From Dicyema japonicum (taxonomy: Eukaryota > Animalia > Dicyemida), in contig RDEW01000006.1 of NCBI GenBank assembly GCA_011109175.1, positions 967,232 to 1,031,231 of the forward strand: 64,000 bases of DNA, read 5' to 3'. Shown here one piece after another: positions 1 through 12,174 of the stretch (positions within the stretch are counted from its first letter, which is position 1; the number at the start of each line of letters is the position of its first letter). The translations under genes and the position numbers were made by a program. The notes under the pieces are model-generated. The model ran no database searches. It saw only the letters and a program-made list of their open reading frames with translations, and was not told the origin of the DNA.

Positions 1-1800
1 CGTCGACGTTTGTTCACGAGCTTTAAATCTCCGACGAGTGTTTCAGGTAGTGTAATACGCCGGCGTCAACGAAAGCACGGTCCCTATCTCATGAAGTAGT
101 CCTCCGTTGCTATATTTGCTTGAGCGCCCAAGTCCATATGCAAGATATGTCCAAATAGCCTCCAGCGCACATCAGCAAGTTCGAGACTCAGTGGACCCGT
201 GCAACATCTCTTGTACAGCGATTCCTTTTTATTCTTGCTGGCCAGTTCAGTCCTAGTATGGATCTAAGTTGTCTTTGATGGAAAGAGTCTAGTCCTAGTT
301 GTTCGGTTTAGGACGTTCCCCAGGTCTATGAATTGTACATTAGGATCGGCTTGACAAAGGTTTCATACAGTCTTAATCGAAGTGATGTGCAGGATCGTCG
401 TTTACCAATCCATTCTATCTTTAACTTGTTAATCGTTACCAAAGCGAGGGCCTTCCTTCTGGCAATATCTTGACTGTCTCCAAGTAAAGAGCCAAGTCTG
501 TTTGTTTTTCGTCATGTTTCACTTGATCTGCTTTCCATTCTCCTGATTTCCACAATGTCAGTTTTTGCGATTTGTTATCTGACACAAAGTCGACGTCGTC
601 CGCATAGGCAATTTCGACGATGTTGCCATCATAGAATTTCCGAAGATCTCGTTATGACGCCTCCAGATATGTGACAAATAGCAGGGGCGAGAGGGAATCT
701 CCCTGGGGAGTACAAACATTGGACGTAAATTCACGGGAATATGTCTTTCCGACCCGCACTCTGAGATTCGTGTTAGAGAGCAACACTCTGATCGTGCTGA
801 CAGAATTAGGGTCCACGAAGGACCGTGTCAAAGGCCCAAGAGAAATGCACTTTCTAATCTCTGGTTGATAGCGCAGCGCCACTTGTGGCTCCACACTACA
901 TTCGCAGAGGATCTTCCTGTCCTGAATCCACTGTGAATAAGGGATAGATAGTTGTCCACTTGTTCTCTGATTCGGTTCAGCGTAACTTATGCCAGATGTA
1001 TCAGTAAGGTGTTTTGCAGGATTATTGGACGTAGGTTCTCAACAGGGCCAGCATGCTTGCTATATTTTTGTATTGATATTAATAGTCCGGATCCAAGAGC
1101 GGGGTATTCTTTTTTTATAAACATGGAGCCAACTTGTCTGTTAGTGCAACTGGCCCGTATTTGTTTCCTGTCCGGATTAGACGTATTTTCCAGTTGTAAT
1201 CTTAGTTCCCTTTGTTCTTTAATAAGGGGGGAGATCTGGATGTATACATTTTTAAACAGTGCTAAGGACCAGGTTCCGATACTCCCATTTGCTGCCGAAA
1301 CGATCGTTTTCAGTCAAAGTTATCGTTGTGAACTTGGATGAGACTATCTTGTGATCACTGTCGATATTGCACCTCCGTAAGATCTCGAGTCACGTAGGAG
1401 TGATTTTTCTTTGACTTGGCAGATTATGTAGAAATTTGGTTGGAAATGTTGATAGAGCCTTTGGGGGGTAAGAATCGTTGCCCATTCCATGTCGTTTTAT
1501 GTCGTGCGGAATGTTGGAAACCAGTATTTCATAGGAACAGATCAAATGCTTGGCAAAACTCTGCCAAAATGGTTCCGGGGAAGTTTCTGATTCTTCTTCC
1601 GTGCTGGCCAATGAAGCATTCATTTCCTCAACGGGTTCCCACTTTCGCATTTCAGTCCCCTGCAATAATTATAAGTATGATGAACAGAGGTTTGTAAAAT
1701 GCCCTTCCCAATTTCTCGTAAAACAGGTCAAGTTCTTCTGGATTTTTTAGGATACATCCACTGTGTGGTGCGTAGACGTTGATAATTAATCTTAGTCTCA
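1..1800 (-). mobile_element. Degenerate RTE-clade LINE (APE endonuclease plus RT)
   Basis: Minus-strand ORF 652-894 carries the RT motif TPQGDSLSPLLFVTYLEA. 1390-1790 translates with frameshifts to an APE segment (NPEELDLFYEKL, IIAGD*NAKVG, RHKTTWNG) paralleling the element at 5790-8782. Truncated by the window edge. Confidence 0.85.
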
Positions 1801-2139
1801 TCGAATTTCTACTTGATGACTTCTCTCATTCAGGATTAACCTGTTTTCATTATCCAAGCATTGACCCAGTCCAAATTAATTTATAGATTAGGTCGTCAAT
1901 ATTTTTATTGATTGTTCTTACAAGAGTTGATCGATTTGATACTCCATATTTTTTGAAAGATAGATTATTTCTGGAGGGAAGTACAGGCCACAACAAAGAT
2001 GAAACCATAAGGAATTAATTTAATTTCGGCAGCGATTGGACAGTTTGTGAATAACCAGACAGGTACTTCAAAGGAACGTATAGATGCACGAGAAATGCCC
2101 ATGGTAAGGGAAATAAGACCTACAACCGACGTATAAGAA

Positions 2140-3850
2140 AACTTTTTTTATTGTCAATTGAACAGGTGCTCTAAACAATCTGAGTATAACTGTGGATAGT
2201 TTTAAATGAAAATGATTAAAGAAATCAGTAAATTAATTCATTAATTTTTTTCTTAAAATTATGGTTTTGGCTATTTTTTTAAATTTCGTGGATAATGTAT
2301 TGATGAATTCTCACAGTGATGTGAAAGTGTTCTCAGTTAGACCCTGTATATGTATTTAGAAAAATTTAACAAAAAATAATTAAAAAATTTCAAATATAAT
2401 AAAATATTATCTAAGAAAAAAAGTAAATTTGTGAACAGAATAATAATCAGCTACAATGAAACCAAATTTATCAAATTAAATAATCAATTTATTCGATTAT
2501 AGGATAAATAGGATTTTTTGGAAAATGACAGTTATTAATCTCCCGCGCCATTTTCATGTATCCTTGTATACCCCATGATTGGCCCCATCCATTTTTCAAG
2601 AGCCAATACTTTTCTCCTTTAGAAACCCCATAACCGACAACAGAAACTCCATGGTCAAATTTTAAATATAAACAATTTTTAATATGATATACTCCTAAAA
2701 ACTTTAATTGATATTTACCTCGAAAATATTTTTGAAACTTAACGCGAGAACTATCAACATTAACAGTAACAGGACCAAATTTGTTGAGAACATGCATAAG
2801 CATTTTTTCGTCACCATCTTTAAATTTTTTATAACCAGTCAAGGTAAATTTAATATCTGGTTGACTAGCATATTTGCATTTACCCTCCTATACGATTATT
2901 AAAAAGGTACTTTTTCTTTATATGGATATCGTTTTACAGAATTAATTCCTCCTTTTTTTTGTACGTATTTATACACAAGTTCAGCACACCCTCCATTGCA
3001 TCCTCTATTCTCTGAACAATCAATTATGTTTTGTTCGCTCATAGATATAAGTTTATTGTGTTTGATTGCAAAATGCGACTCCAATGTGGCCAACTAAATG
3101 CATTAAACAGTAGTTTACTGCACCAAATGCATAACATGACCCACATATACTTCCTTGATCTTTTATGCCAGTTACACAATTTCGTTTTATCCAATTAAAA
3201 GATGGATGATATCTTTTTTTATTTACATGAATTGAATAATCTTCAAGTAATTCATCTTCGTATGTATTCTGAGTATTATAAAAATCAAATTTTCTTGGTT
3301 TGCTAATTTCTCTTCTTGTCTACAAATATTTATTGTGAATTAACCATGTCAGCAAATTGAGTAATTCCCAATTCATATGAAAATATTCCTTGTTTTGATA
3401 GTAAATTGTGTTTGTCAGTCAATCTCAAGTTTTCAGTAAAAATAGCCATTCTAACTTGGAGTTCTACACCTGAATATGATTTATCTGTAAAAAGTGAAAA
3501 TAAACTTAACTATATTTTTCCATAAAATTATTCCATTGGATTTCATAATATTCATCCACTTTAATGGAATGATTGTTTGATTCGTATTTGAAATGAATTT
3601 TAGATGATATAACATAATTGAACAATAACAGAAAAACATGGATAATTAGGCCGATCATTTTAATTAATTCTGTCTATTTTTATTTAAATACTTTTATAAT
3701 ATTAATATATAAAATAATACATCACTAAAAGTGCAACTCCCAACATTACACAGCCACGACGTGTCTTATGAGAAAAACATACATCACCCCTCTCCAATTT
3801 ATATTCCCCAAACTACTTCTCCCATAGAGTAGTTGCTCAGAAATTTTAAG
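2140..3850. repeat. About 1.7 kb segmental duplication unit (cathepsin gene plus flanks), second copy at about 10375-12060
   Basis: Near-identical colinear sequence, including the downstream AT-rich block, the introns and the upstream LINE 3' fragment. Confidence 0.9.
2489..3658 (-). CDS. Cathepsin L-like papain-family cysteine protease, 348 aa, 6 exons
   Basis: Introns at 3485-3510, 3320-3344, 3094-3118, 2888-2910 and 2695-2718 (26, 25, 25, 23, 24 nt, all GT-AG) give an open 1047-nt CDS. It has a signal peptide ([19 protein letters not shown]), an ERFNIN-like [28 protein letters not shown], and catalytic C (QGSICGSCYAF), H (FDHGV) and N (LKNGW). Confidence 0.93.
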
Positions 3851-4182
3851 TTTAAAAAAGATTTGGTGAAGTTCACGTGCTTAGCTGTGATTACAGGAAT
3901 CTCGTACTTTGCCGCCCTGCATATGGTGAATTTTTATTATTTTACGTAATTGTAACAAAGATTATTTGTTTTTTCTTATAAGCCAATTTGGACTCTTTCC
4001 AGTGATTATATTCATCGTTTCAATATCATCAATAGTGGAGTCATACCACAATAATATGTCTAAATATATGTTATGTTGTCTAATTAAGTGGTTTCCGACC
4101 TTTGGAGATCTCATGAACGAGTTTCCTCCACTTTCCCCGATCCGTTGCAATTTGGAGTAGCCTTGATATAGGTAGGAAGTCG

Positions 4183-4283
4183 GAAGTGCTTCTCTCTTCA
4201 TGGACTTCCTGTGTTCCCTAACCCTAACCCTAACCCTTCTCTCTACTTTTCTAGACCTGTCGAAGTGCTTCTCTCTTCATGGA
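4183..4283. repeat. (CCCTAA)3 telomere-type tract within a 57-bp insert flanked by 22-bp direct repeats
   Basis: gaagtgcttctctcttcatgga at 4183-4204 and 4262-4283; ccctaaccctaaccctaaccct at 4216-4237. Confidence 0.85.
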
Positions 4284-4289
4284 GAAAAC

Positions 4290-5722
4290 TGAAGAAGAAT
4301 TCTAACCCAGTTTACTTCTCGGATGAAGACGTGAAGAATGCGCTGCGTTTTACAAGAACAACGTACTCTGCCGGTCCCGACAACATTCCAGTAGTGTTAT
4401 TGAAGAACCTTAGAGATATTGGAGTCGGTCTTACAACTATTCAATTAATTGTAATGTAATACCGTTGTTATGGAAGCAAGCCAACATCCGAACTATACTG
4501 AAACCTGGAAACCTAAGGAAGATCCGGCATCATTTAGACCTGTGTCATTGTTATGTTCCATATCGAAATCCTGGAAAGGCTTGTGCTTGGAAGAATAAGG
4601 CTTTCTCAGAAAAGGATTTTTAACACGGATTTAAGAGCGATTGTTCTACATCAACGTACCTACAGAAATTAACCAACTTTATTAGAGATGGATTTTCAAA
4701 CAACCAAGGCATTTGAAAACAGTCTTATGTTCCATTGATATTAACAAGGCCTTTGATTCAATTTCGAGAAAATATTATCAAAGAAAATTTTCCAGTCGAG
4801 ATCCCGGGGAAGTTTAAACTTTCGATAAAAATTCTTAAACGAAGGACGTGTATGCCTCGGAAGGACTGAAATCAGTCTCACGTATTCTCCCAAACGGTGT
4901 CCCCCAAGGATCTCCTTTATCCCCGCCTTATTCAATTTATACCTGGCAGACCTCCCGACACCGGAATCCAATAACGATGTTCTACTCTCATATGCGGACG
5001 ACATTGTTTTGGCCTCGCGTGATCGGGATATCCAAAATGCTACAGAAAGATTACAAATTAACCTGGACCGACTCAACGCCTGGTTAATGAAGAACCGACT
5101 CACGATAAATTCCAGAAAGTCGGTCACGTCTATGTTTACTTCGGTCAAAAGGTTGGAGAAGATGACTGTCGAGTTAAAATTGGACAACATTGAAATCCCC
5201 TTCACCAAATGTCAGAAGATCCTGGGCGTGACACTGGATGCACACATATGTTTGTCACCACACGTGGCAAACATTGTTCTAAAGTGCGAGAAGAGGATCA
5301 ATGTATTATAATTGTTATCTGGAATATGGAAGACAGGTACCCACCCAGTCTTGATGAACATTTACAAGCAATACATCGAACCATGCTTCTTGTACGCGTG
5401 TGCTTCGTGGGGACCTTCATTATCATGGACGAACACTAAGAAAATTGAGGACGTTCAAAAGAAGGCTTTCAGAATGACGGAGCGGTGGTCTTGTGGGAGA
5501 CACAGAACCGGACCGACTACTCTGGAGGCCCTCATTAAACAAAACTCCGGCATGCGGGAAAATGGCCCTGCAAATACAGTCAGCCGCCCTGTACGAGCTT
5601 ATGTGGGTACGAGGGAGGCACACCGGGAAAGAATGAGGATTTTGGCGGAGCGCATCTGGATCACGTGATAGTTAGTTTTGATTTTACCGTGGTTTTGGGT
5701 GTTAATTAAATAAATAAAAATT
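4290..5722 (+). mobile_element. 5'-truncated APE-type LINE (Jockey/I-like, here family A), RT plus 3' end
   Basis: AGPDNIP, GVPQGSPLSP and YAD(D) motifs with frameshifts. C-terminus RPVRAYVGTREAHRERMRILAERIWIT* is followed by the tagttag 3' UTR and an A/T-rich tail shared by many copies in the window. Confidence 0.85.
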
Positions 5723-5789
5723 ACATTTCTGAAGCTTTTCATTTATCTGAAATTATTAATTTTTTCCATAATATTAGTTTTTGGTTGAG

Positions 5790-8782
5790 CTGGTGACGTG
5801 GCTCTTGAACTCAATGTCTGGAAAACACAGTATCAAGCATTGGACTTCTCACGTTTAACGTCAGGGGACTCTCTAGCGTTTGGAAACGGAAGGAACTGGT
5901 CGAGGATCTTTCAAAATACAAGATTTCAATCGCCTGCCTTCAGGAGACTAAACTAATAAACGGGATCGAAGAACAACATGGGAACTTTCGACTAATCTTC
6001 CTTCCAGGTGGAAACAAGCACTATGGGCTAGGATTTGCCGTCAGGAATGATCTATCCAAGAGAGTCTGCCAATATTACAGTGTGAATGATAGAATCGGGG
6101 TGTTGCAATTGAAACTGGATGACCTCAACCCGTCGAAGAAATATCTAACTATAATAAACGTTTACGCCCCTCACAGTGGATGGCTTAATAAAAACCCTGA
6201 TGAGATTGATGACTTTTACATCAGTCTTTCTGCCGTTTTCTCCATGTATGCTCTCTCAACACTAGTAATGATCGCAGGAGACCTAAATGCGAAAGCTGGC
6301 ACCCAGGTTACGACCGATGAGACATTCATGGGAAGGCATGGTAGGGGGAAAAGAAATCTCCCGGGAACTCTACTAGCTAACTTCTGTCAAACGAACAACC
6401 TATTTTTATGCAATACAGCCTTCATGCATCCAGCCAGACATAAATCTACGTGGTCGGGACACAGAACAAACCCAGAAGGGCGAGTGATGAATATGTACAA
6501 CCAGATCGACTATATCATATGCAGGCAAAAAGATCGAGGAATTATACTTGATGCACGAGCTTATGGTGGATCGATTATCGACAGCGACCACAAAATGGTT
6601 ATTGCTAGACTTTCTCTAAAGAGATTTATGGTACTACAAAGAACGAAATGGAAGCACATTGAAACCACAGAACCCAACTATAGACGTTATAATTTGGAAT
6701 CCTTAATCAGTCAATCAGAAGGGGCCCTAGCATTCAAAGAATATCTGGATGCAGAACTAGAAAACATGCCTACAGATTTGCCGCCCGGAAAATCCTGGGA
6801 TTTTGTAAAGCAGTCAATACATAAAGGAGCCAATCTGCATCTATTGAAAGAAAATGAGAAAATCCCATCGCACAATGAAATTTACACGGTGAAGGACCTT
6901 GCCAATAAACAGAAGACCATATGGATGCTATATCAAAATACTGACGATTCGAACGTAAAATCAAAATTGCGGCTAGAAAGAAAAACTATCAAAGCAAAAA
7001 TAAGAAAAACTATACGCCAGCATAACAGAAATAGAGCACTGGACCAGATTAAGAAGATAGAATCTCTCAAGGACAACGCTAGATTCTACGAGGCTGTGAA
7101 ACAGATGAAAGGAAAGAGACCCCATCAACCGATAATGATAAGAGATGACAAAGGAACGCAGATTGTAGACCAAATGGAAGTGGCTGAAATTATCGCTGCC
7201 CACTTTGGAAAACTTTTTGACCCAAGGAACGACACTATCAACCTAGAACGAGGAAATCACACCATATGAAGTTGAACTTGTGAGTTCCAAGTTAAAAAAC
7301 AACAGGATTCCTGGCCCCGACGGACTCGGTGGTGAATTCTTGAAATATGGAACTTAAAAGCTGTATGAATGCATCGCTAGGATTCTGAATGAAATGTACT
7401 ATTACGGTCACACGCTGACCCTGGGAGAGGGAATTTTGATACCTGTACAGAAGGCGAATAAACCAAGATCTAAGGTGGAGAACCTCCGTCCGGTCATATT
7501 AATGAATTCACTTCGGAAAATTCTGGCGAAAATAACATTACAAAGGATGGAAGGACGCCTAGATACTTTTCTGTCGCCATACCACAGCGGATTCCGAAAA
7601 GGAAGATCTACTTCAGATGTTTTGTGGTCCCACAAGTGGAGATCTGAGGCCGTTCAAAAGTTCAAAATGTCTACAACCATCCTCGGAATCGACATTTCGA
7701 GGGCCTTCGACTCTGTCGACAGACGGAGGCTAATACTGGTTTTGGAAAGTTTCCTAGACGCTTCCACTGTCAGAATGGCCACCACCCTCCTAGCTGATAC
7801 TTGGCTCACTGTAAGAGTCGGGGGAGCCTTGTCTCGCCGATTTGAGACGACTGTTGGCACTCCACAGGGAGACCCATTATCACCTATACTTTTTGTCATA
7901 TACCTTGAAGCTGCTTTACGGGAGTCAAAACCGATAATGGGTGAAAAGACAAACATTATTGCGTATGCTGACGACGTAGACTTTATTTCAAATGACAAAA
8001 TACCGCTCACCCGCTTGATGGAAGAAGTGTCTGGAAGACTAGCCGAATGGTTCCTAACAGTAAATCCGGACAAGACTGACGTAACTGAACTCAAGAGGGA
8101 AGAAACAAGGACGGAGGAGTACTGGCGCAAATGCAAAAAGCTTGGCTCCCTCCTAGGAGACCATGAAGAAATTACGAGAAGGAAAACCCTAGCACAAACT
8201 GCCCTCTCCAGATTAAAGAACATCTGGCTTCACAAAAAGGGCCTTGACATTATAACAAAAACTCGATTATACAACTCGCTAGTGAAACCCATACTACTAT
8301 ATAACGCTGGTACCTGGGCCTGCTCAAGAAATGAACTGAAGAGGCTTAATGCGTTTCATAGAGACCAACTACGGCATATGATGTTCGAAAGAAGTGATAC
8401 GAGGATGTCATCTAATCTTCTTTATAAGAGGACGAAGACCTCAGAAATTTCTAATGAGATTCTGGATACACGATGGAGGCTTTTCGGCCATATTCTGCGA
8501 CTGGACCTAGATGCCCCCGCGAACGTAGCCATGGAGGATTACTTCATGTTGGAGGCCCCCCGTTTCCGTGGTCGCCCAAGGACGACACTGGCAGTCGTTC
8601 TCGACGAGGACCTCAAAGAAATGGGACGGCATCTTGGAAGTGGAGAGGATCTTGACTGGTTGCGCACTGCGGCTTTGAATAGGAGGAAGTGGATGAAACT
8701 AACCAGTGATTTGCTAACTCGTGTTGCACATGCTTTGTCAAGTCCTATGACATAGCGATAAGTGCTTATAATAATAATAATA
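5790..8782 (+). mobile_element. Near full-length RTE-clade LINE, single APE-RT ORF broken by one frameshift (about 7250) and one stop (about 7354)
   Basis: APE motifs TFNVRG, ACLQET, NVYAPH, AGDLNAK, NQIDYI, DSDH. RT motifs GIDISRAFDSV, TPQGDPLSP, AYADD. RTE-type C-terminal RWRLFGHILR and RGRPRTT, with a (TAA)n tail at about 8768-8782. Confidence 0.93.
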
Positions 8783-8970
8783 GTCATCAGTGGAACTGGA
8801 TTGTCTAGAAGGACCCACACACAAGAAAAAGAAAAAAAGAAGTGAAGATTATTCCTTGGTTCTACAATTAGTTAAAGTTTGCTGTTCTTTACTTAAATAA
8901 AATGTGTGTCCTGCCTATGCGGAGCTATAAATATTATGGTTCTCGTGAAAAGGCTGTTATTATTATTATT
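8783..8970 (+). mobile_element. 5'-truncated copy of the tRNA-derived SINE, fused to the RTE tail
   Basis: Matches the 3' 60% of 34228-34546 (ggaactggattgtctagaa...gtgtgtcctgcctatgcggagctataaa...ctcgtgaaaaggct) and ends in (TTA)n. Confidence 0.9.
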
Positions 8971-9299
8971 GTTAGGTCCGTGAAGCAGTATTAAAATAGA
9001 ACATATTTTCGTGCTAATTTCCCCTCCTATTTAAATTAATTTTCCATTTAGTATTTTGCTCATAAGAAGCCTTATTATTCGGCCAGCTTACTGAAAGTAG
9101 ATATATGCAACGGTATGTTTGATATCATTTTTTCAAAGAACACAAACCAAAAAATTAAAAATATCATATTTTTTTGACCCGCCTTATATGTATAGTGTAA
9201 ATTTCTTTATCTTAATTATCTTGAATTGTGATCATTTCTCTTTCGGTATTCGTTACTGTATATTTTTTCGTTGAAATTTGGTCGTATAAGGGGTATTTT

Positions 9300-9850
9300 C
9301 CATTAGCGTTCCCGTCGCGGCGCATTAAAATTTTATCACCGTCTTCAATTTGTCGTATTTCCATATTCTACGGTTTTTCATGAACTACGTTTTGCATTAT
9401 AAATAATAAATGCTAATAAACTATATAATTTATAACGTCCAAATTGATTTAGATTATGTTGAGCCTAATATAAGTATACAACTACACTGTATTTTTGTTT
9501 TAATTCAGCTCCTTGATGTTTGCTCATTCTCTCCAGTCAATAAAATCATCATGTCCCGTTTCACGGAAAATCTTAATTTTTTCAATTGCTTCTCGTGTTA
9601 ATCTTTCTAGTACCATATTTTATAATTATTATAATTATTTAAGCCAAAGAAATACCGTCTCTACCACTAACTAACTCTCATTAATCGTGCCAATTTTTCT
9701 CGATGCTCCAACCGCGACCCCACACATTTTCTATACGGACGGGGTCTTTTACCCCACCTCTTCTGAAATTGCCTCCATTTGCCTCTATGATAGACTCGAG
9801 TGTTCTGGGGGCAATTTCTTCATTTTGTATATTTTTTCAGTAATTTTATT
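9300..9850 (-). mobile_element. Possible Tc1-like transposase relic
   Basis: Minus-strand peptides IENVWG and LESIIEANGG resemble Tc1 DDE C-terminal motifs; heavily degraded. Confidence 0.3.
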
Positions 9851-10720
9851 GCTCTTGAATGGATGTCTTGAATATTAATTAGGTTAGTTGCCGACAGGTT
9901 AGATCCTCATGCAGCACATGCATAGCCTACTGTTGGCTCGATATACTGCTTGTAGAGGGTCCTGATACTTGGCGGATAAATTCCTCCACAGTTCCAAAGG
10001 AAGGCTTTTACACAATTGATCTTCTTTGCACAGGTTAACATGATGGATTCCACATGGGCTGAAAAGCAGAGGAAAGTATCAAAGTTACTCCAGTATCTTC
10101 GGCGAATTCTTTTGTATAATTGATATTTTCAAAAAAAACTATATAATAAGTTTTATTTTTAATTATTAATAAATTTCTTCCAATGAAATGTTTTCTGAAA
10201 AAAATATTTTTTAGTATTTTGAGCATTGACCTCACAGCTCTAGACTGTGACAAAAAATATTACTGAAATAACTGGACTTCGCAAAAATTTCTATCGCTAT
10301 ATTCGTCCATGCTGAACCAAATAGAAAACATGTTTTTCAAAATCGAAAAAGTAATGATCTAAAACTTACAAATAAAGAAACTTTTTTATTGTCAATTGAA
10401 CAGGCTCTCAAACAATCTGAGTGTAACTGTGAATCGTTTTAAATGAAAATGATTAAAGAAATCAGTTAAATTAATTCATTAATTTTTTTCTTAAAATTAT
10501 TGTTTTGGCTATTTTTTTAAATTTCGCGTATAAATGTATTGATGAATTCTCACAGTGATGTGAAAGTTTTCTCAGTTAGACACTGTATATGTATTTAGAA
10601 AAATTTAAAAAAAAATATTTAAAAAAATTTCAAATATAAAAAATATTATCTAAGAAAACGTGAAATTTGTGAACCGAATAATAATCTATGAAACCAAATT
10701 TATCAAATTAAATTGTCAAT

Positions 10721-11886
10721 TTATTCGATTATAGGATAAATAGATCTTTTGGAAAATGACAGTTATTAATCTCCCGCGCAATTTTCATGTATCCGTGTAT
10801 ACCCCATGATTTGCCCCATCCATTTTTCAAGAGCCAATACTTTTCTCCTTTAGAAACCCATAACCGACAACAGAAACTCCATGGTCATATTTTTTAAATT
10901 TAAACAATTTTTAATATGATATATTCCTAAAACTTTAATTGATATTTACTAGAATATTGTTGAAACATAAAGCGAGAACCATCAACATTAACAGTAACAG
11001 GACCAAATTTGATGAGAACATGCATAAGCATTTTTTCGTCACCATCTTTAAATTTTATATAACCAGTCAAGTTAAATTTAATATCTGGTTGACCATCATA
11101 TTTGCATTTACCCTCCTATACGATTATTAAAAAAATACTTTTCCTTTATATGGATATCGTTTTACAGAATTAATTCCTCCATTTTTTTGTACGTAATCAT
11201 ACACAAGTTCTACACACCCTCCAACACATCCTTTATCTACTGAACAATCGACCATGTTTTGTTCGCTCATAGATATAAGTTTATTGTGTTTGATTGCAAA
11301 ATGCGACTCCAATGTGGCCAACTAAATGCATTAAACAATAATTTACTGCACAAAATGCATAACATGAACCACATCTACTTCCTTGCTTTTTTATGCCAGT
11401 TACACAATTTCGTTTTATCCAATTAAAAGATGAATGATATCTTTTTTTATTTACATGAATTGAATAATCTTCAAGTAATTCATCTTCGTATGTATTCTGA
11501 GTATTATAAAAATCAAATTTTCTTGGTTTGCTAATTTCTCTTCTTGTCTACAAATATTTATTGTGAATTAACCATGTCAGCAAAGTGAGTAATTCCCAAT
11601 TCATAGGAATATATTCCTTGTTTTGATAGTAAATTGTGTTTGTCAATCAATCTCAAGTTTTCAGTAAAAATAGCCTTTCTAACTTGGAGTTCTACACCTG
11701 AATATGATTTATCTGTAAAAAGTGAAAATAAACTTAACTATATTTTTCCATAAAATTATTCCATTGGATTTCATAATATTCATCCACGTTAATGGAATGA
11801 TTGTTTGATTCGTATTTGAAATAAATTTTAGATGATATAACATAATTGAACAATAACAGAAAAACTTGGATAATTAGGCCGATCAT
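10721..11886 (-). CDS. Cathepsin L-like protease copy 2; last exon disrupted as assembled (pseudogene or assembly error)
   Basis: Same exon/intron structure as copy 1, with [13 protein letters not shown]. Three 1-nt deficits in or at runs (10890-10895, 10857-10859, about 10745) shift the frame just before the catalytic His. Confidence 0.8.
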
Positions 11887-11964
11887 TTTAATTATTTCTG
11901 TCTATTTTTTATTTAAATGTTTTTTAAATATTAATATATCTATAATATAAAATAATACATCACT

Positions 11965-12170
11965 AAAAGTACAACTCCCAACATTACACAGCCACGACGT
12001 GTCTTATGAAAAGGACATACATCATACCTCTCCAATTTTTATTCCCCAAACCACCCCTTCTACAGAGAAGTTGTGTTGGATCGCAAGAAGGCGCACGAGG
12101 AGATGAGAAATCTAATTGAGGCCTTCGAGATCACTCAATTAATTTAATAATTAAATTAATTATTGGTGTT
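11965..12170 (+). mobile_element. Family-A LINE 3' fragment upstream of cathepsin copy 2 (shorter copy at 3725-3850; inverted copy at 14060-14250)
   Basis: Ends VGSQEGARGDEKSN / EAFEIT-like, followed by the caattaattt tail; homologous to the C-terminal GIT* motif of family A. Confidence 0.75.
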
Positions 12171-12174
12171 TTTG

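Noticed and set aside
2489-2842. ORF-track proteins containing GKYQLKFL (cathepsin) or VRGLLTK (PP2A, 32467-32742) as real insertions
   Set aside because: Both segments are stopless 3n GT-AG micro-introns, and removing them restores colinearity with the families.
952-8820. Numerous 60-190 aa ORFs antisense to RT genes (e.g. 952-1341, 4741-5208, 7654-8223, 8539-8820)
   Set aside because: Shadow ORFs on the opposite strand of retrotransposon coding sequence; no independent motifs.
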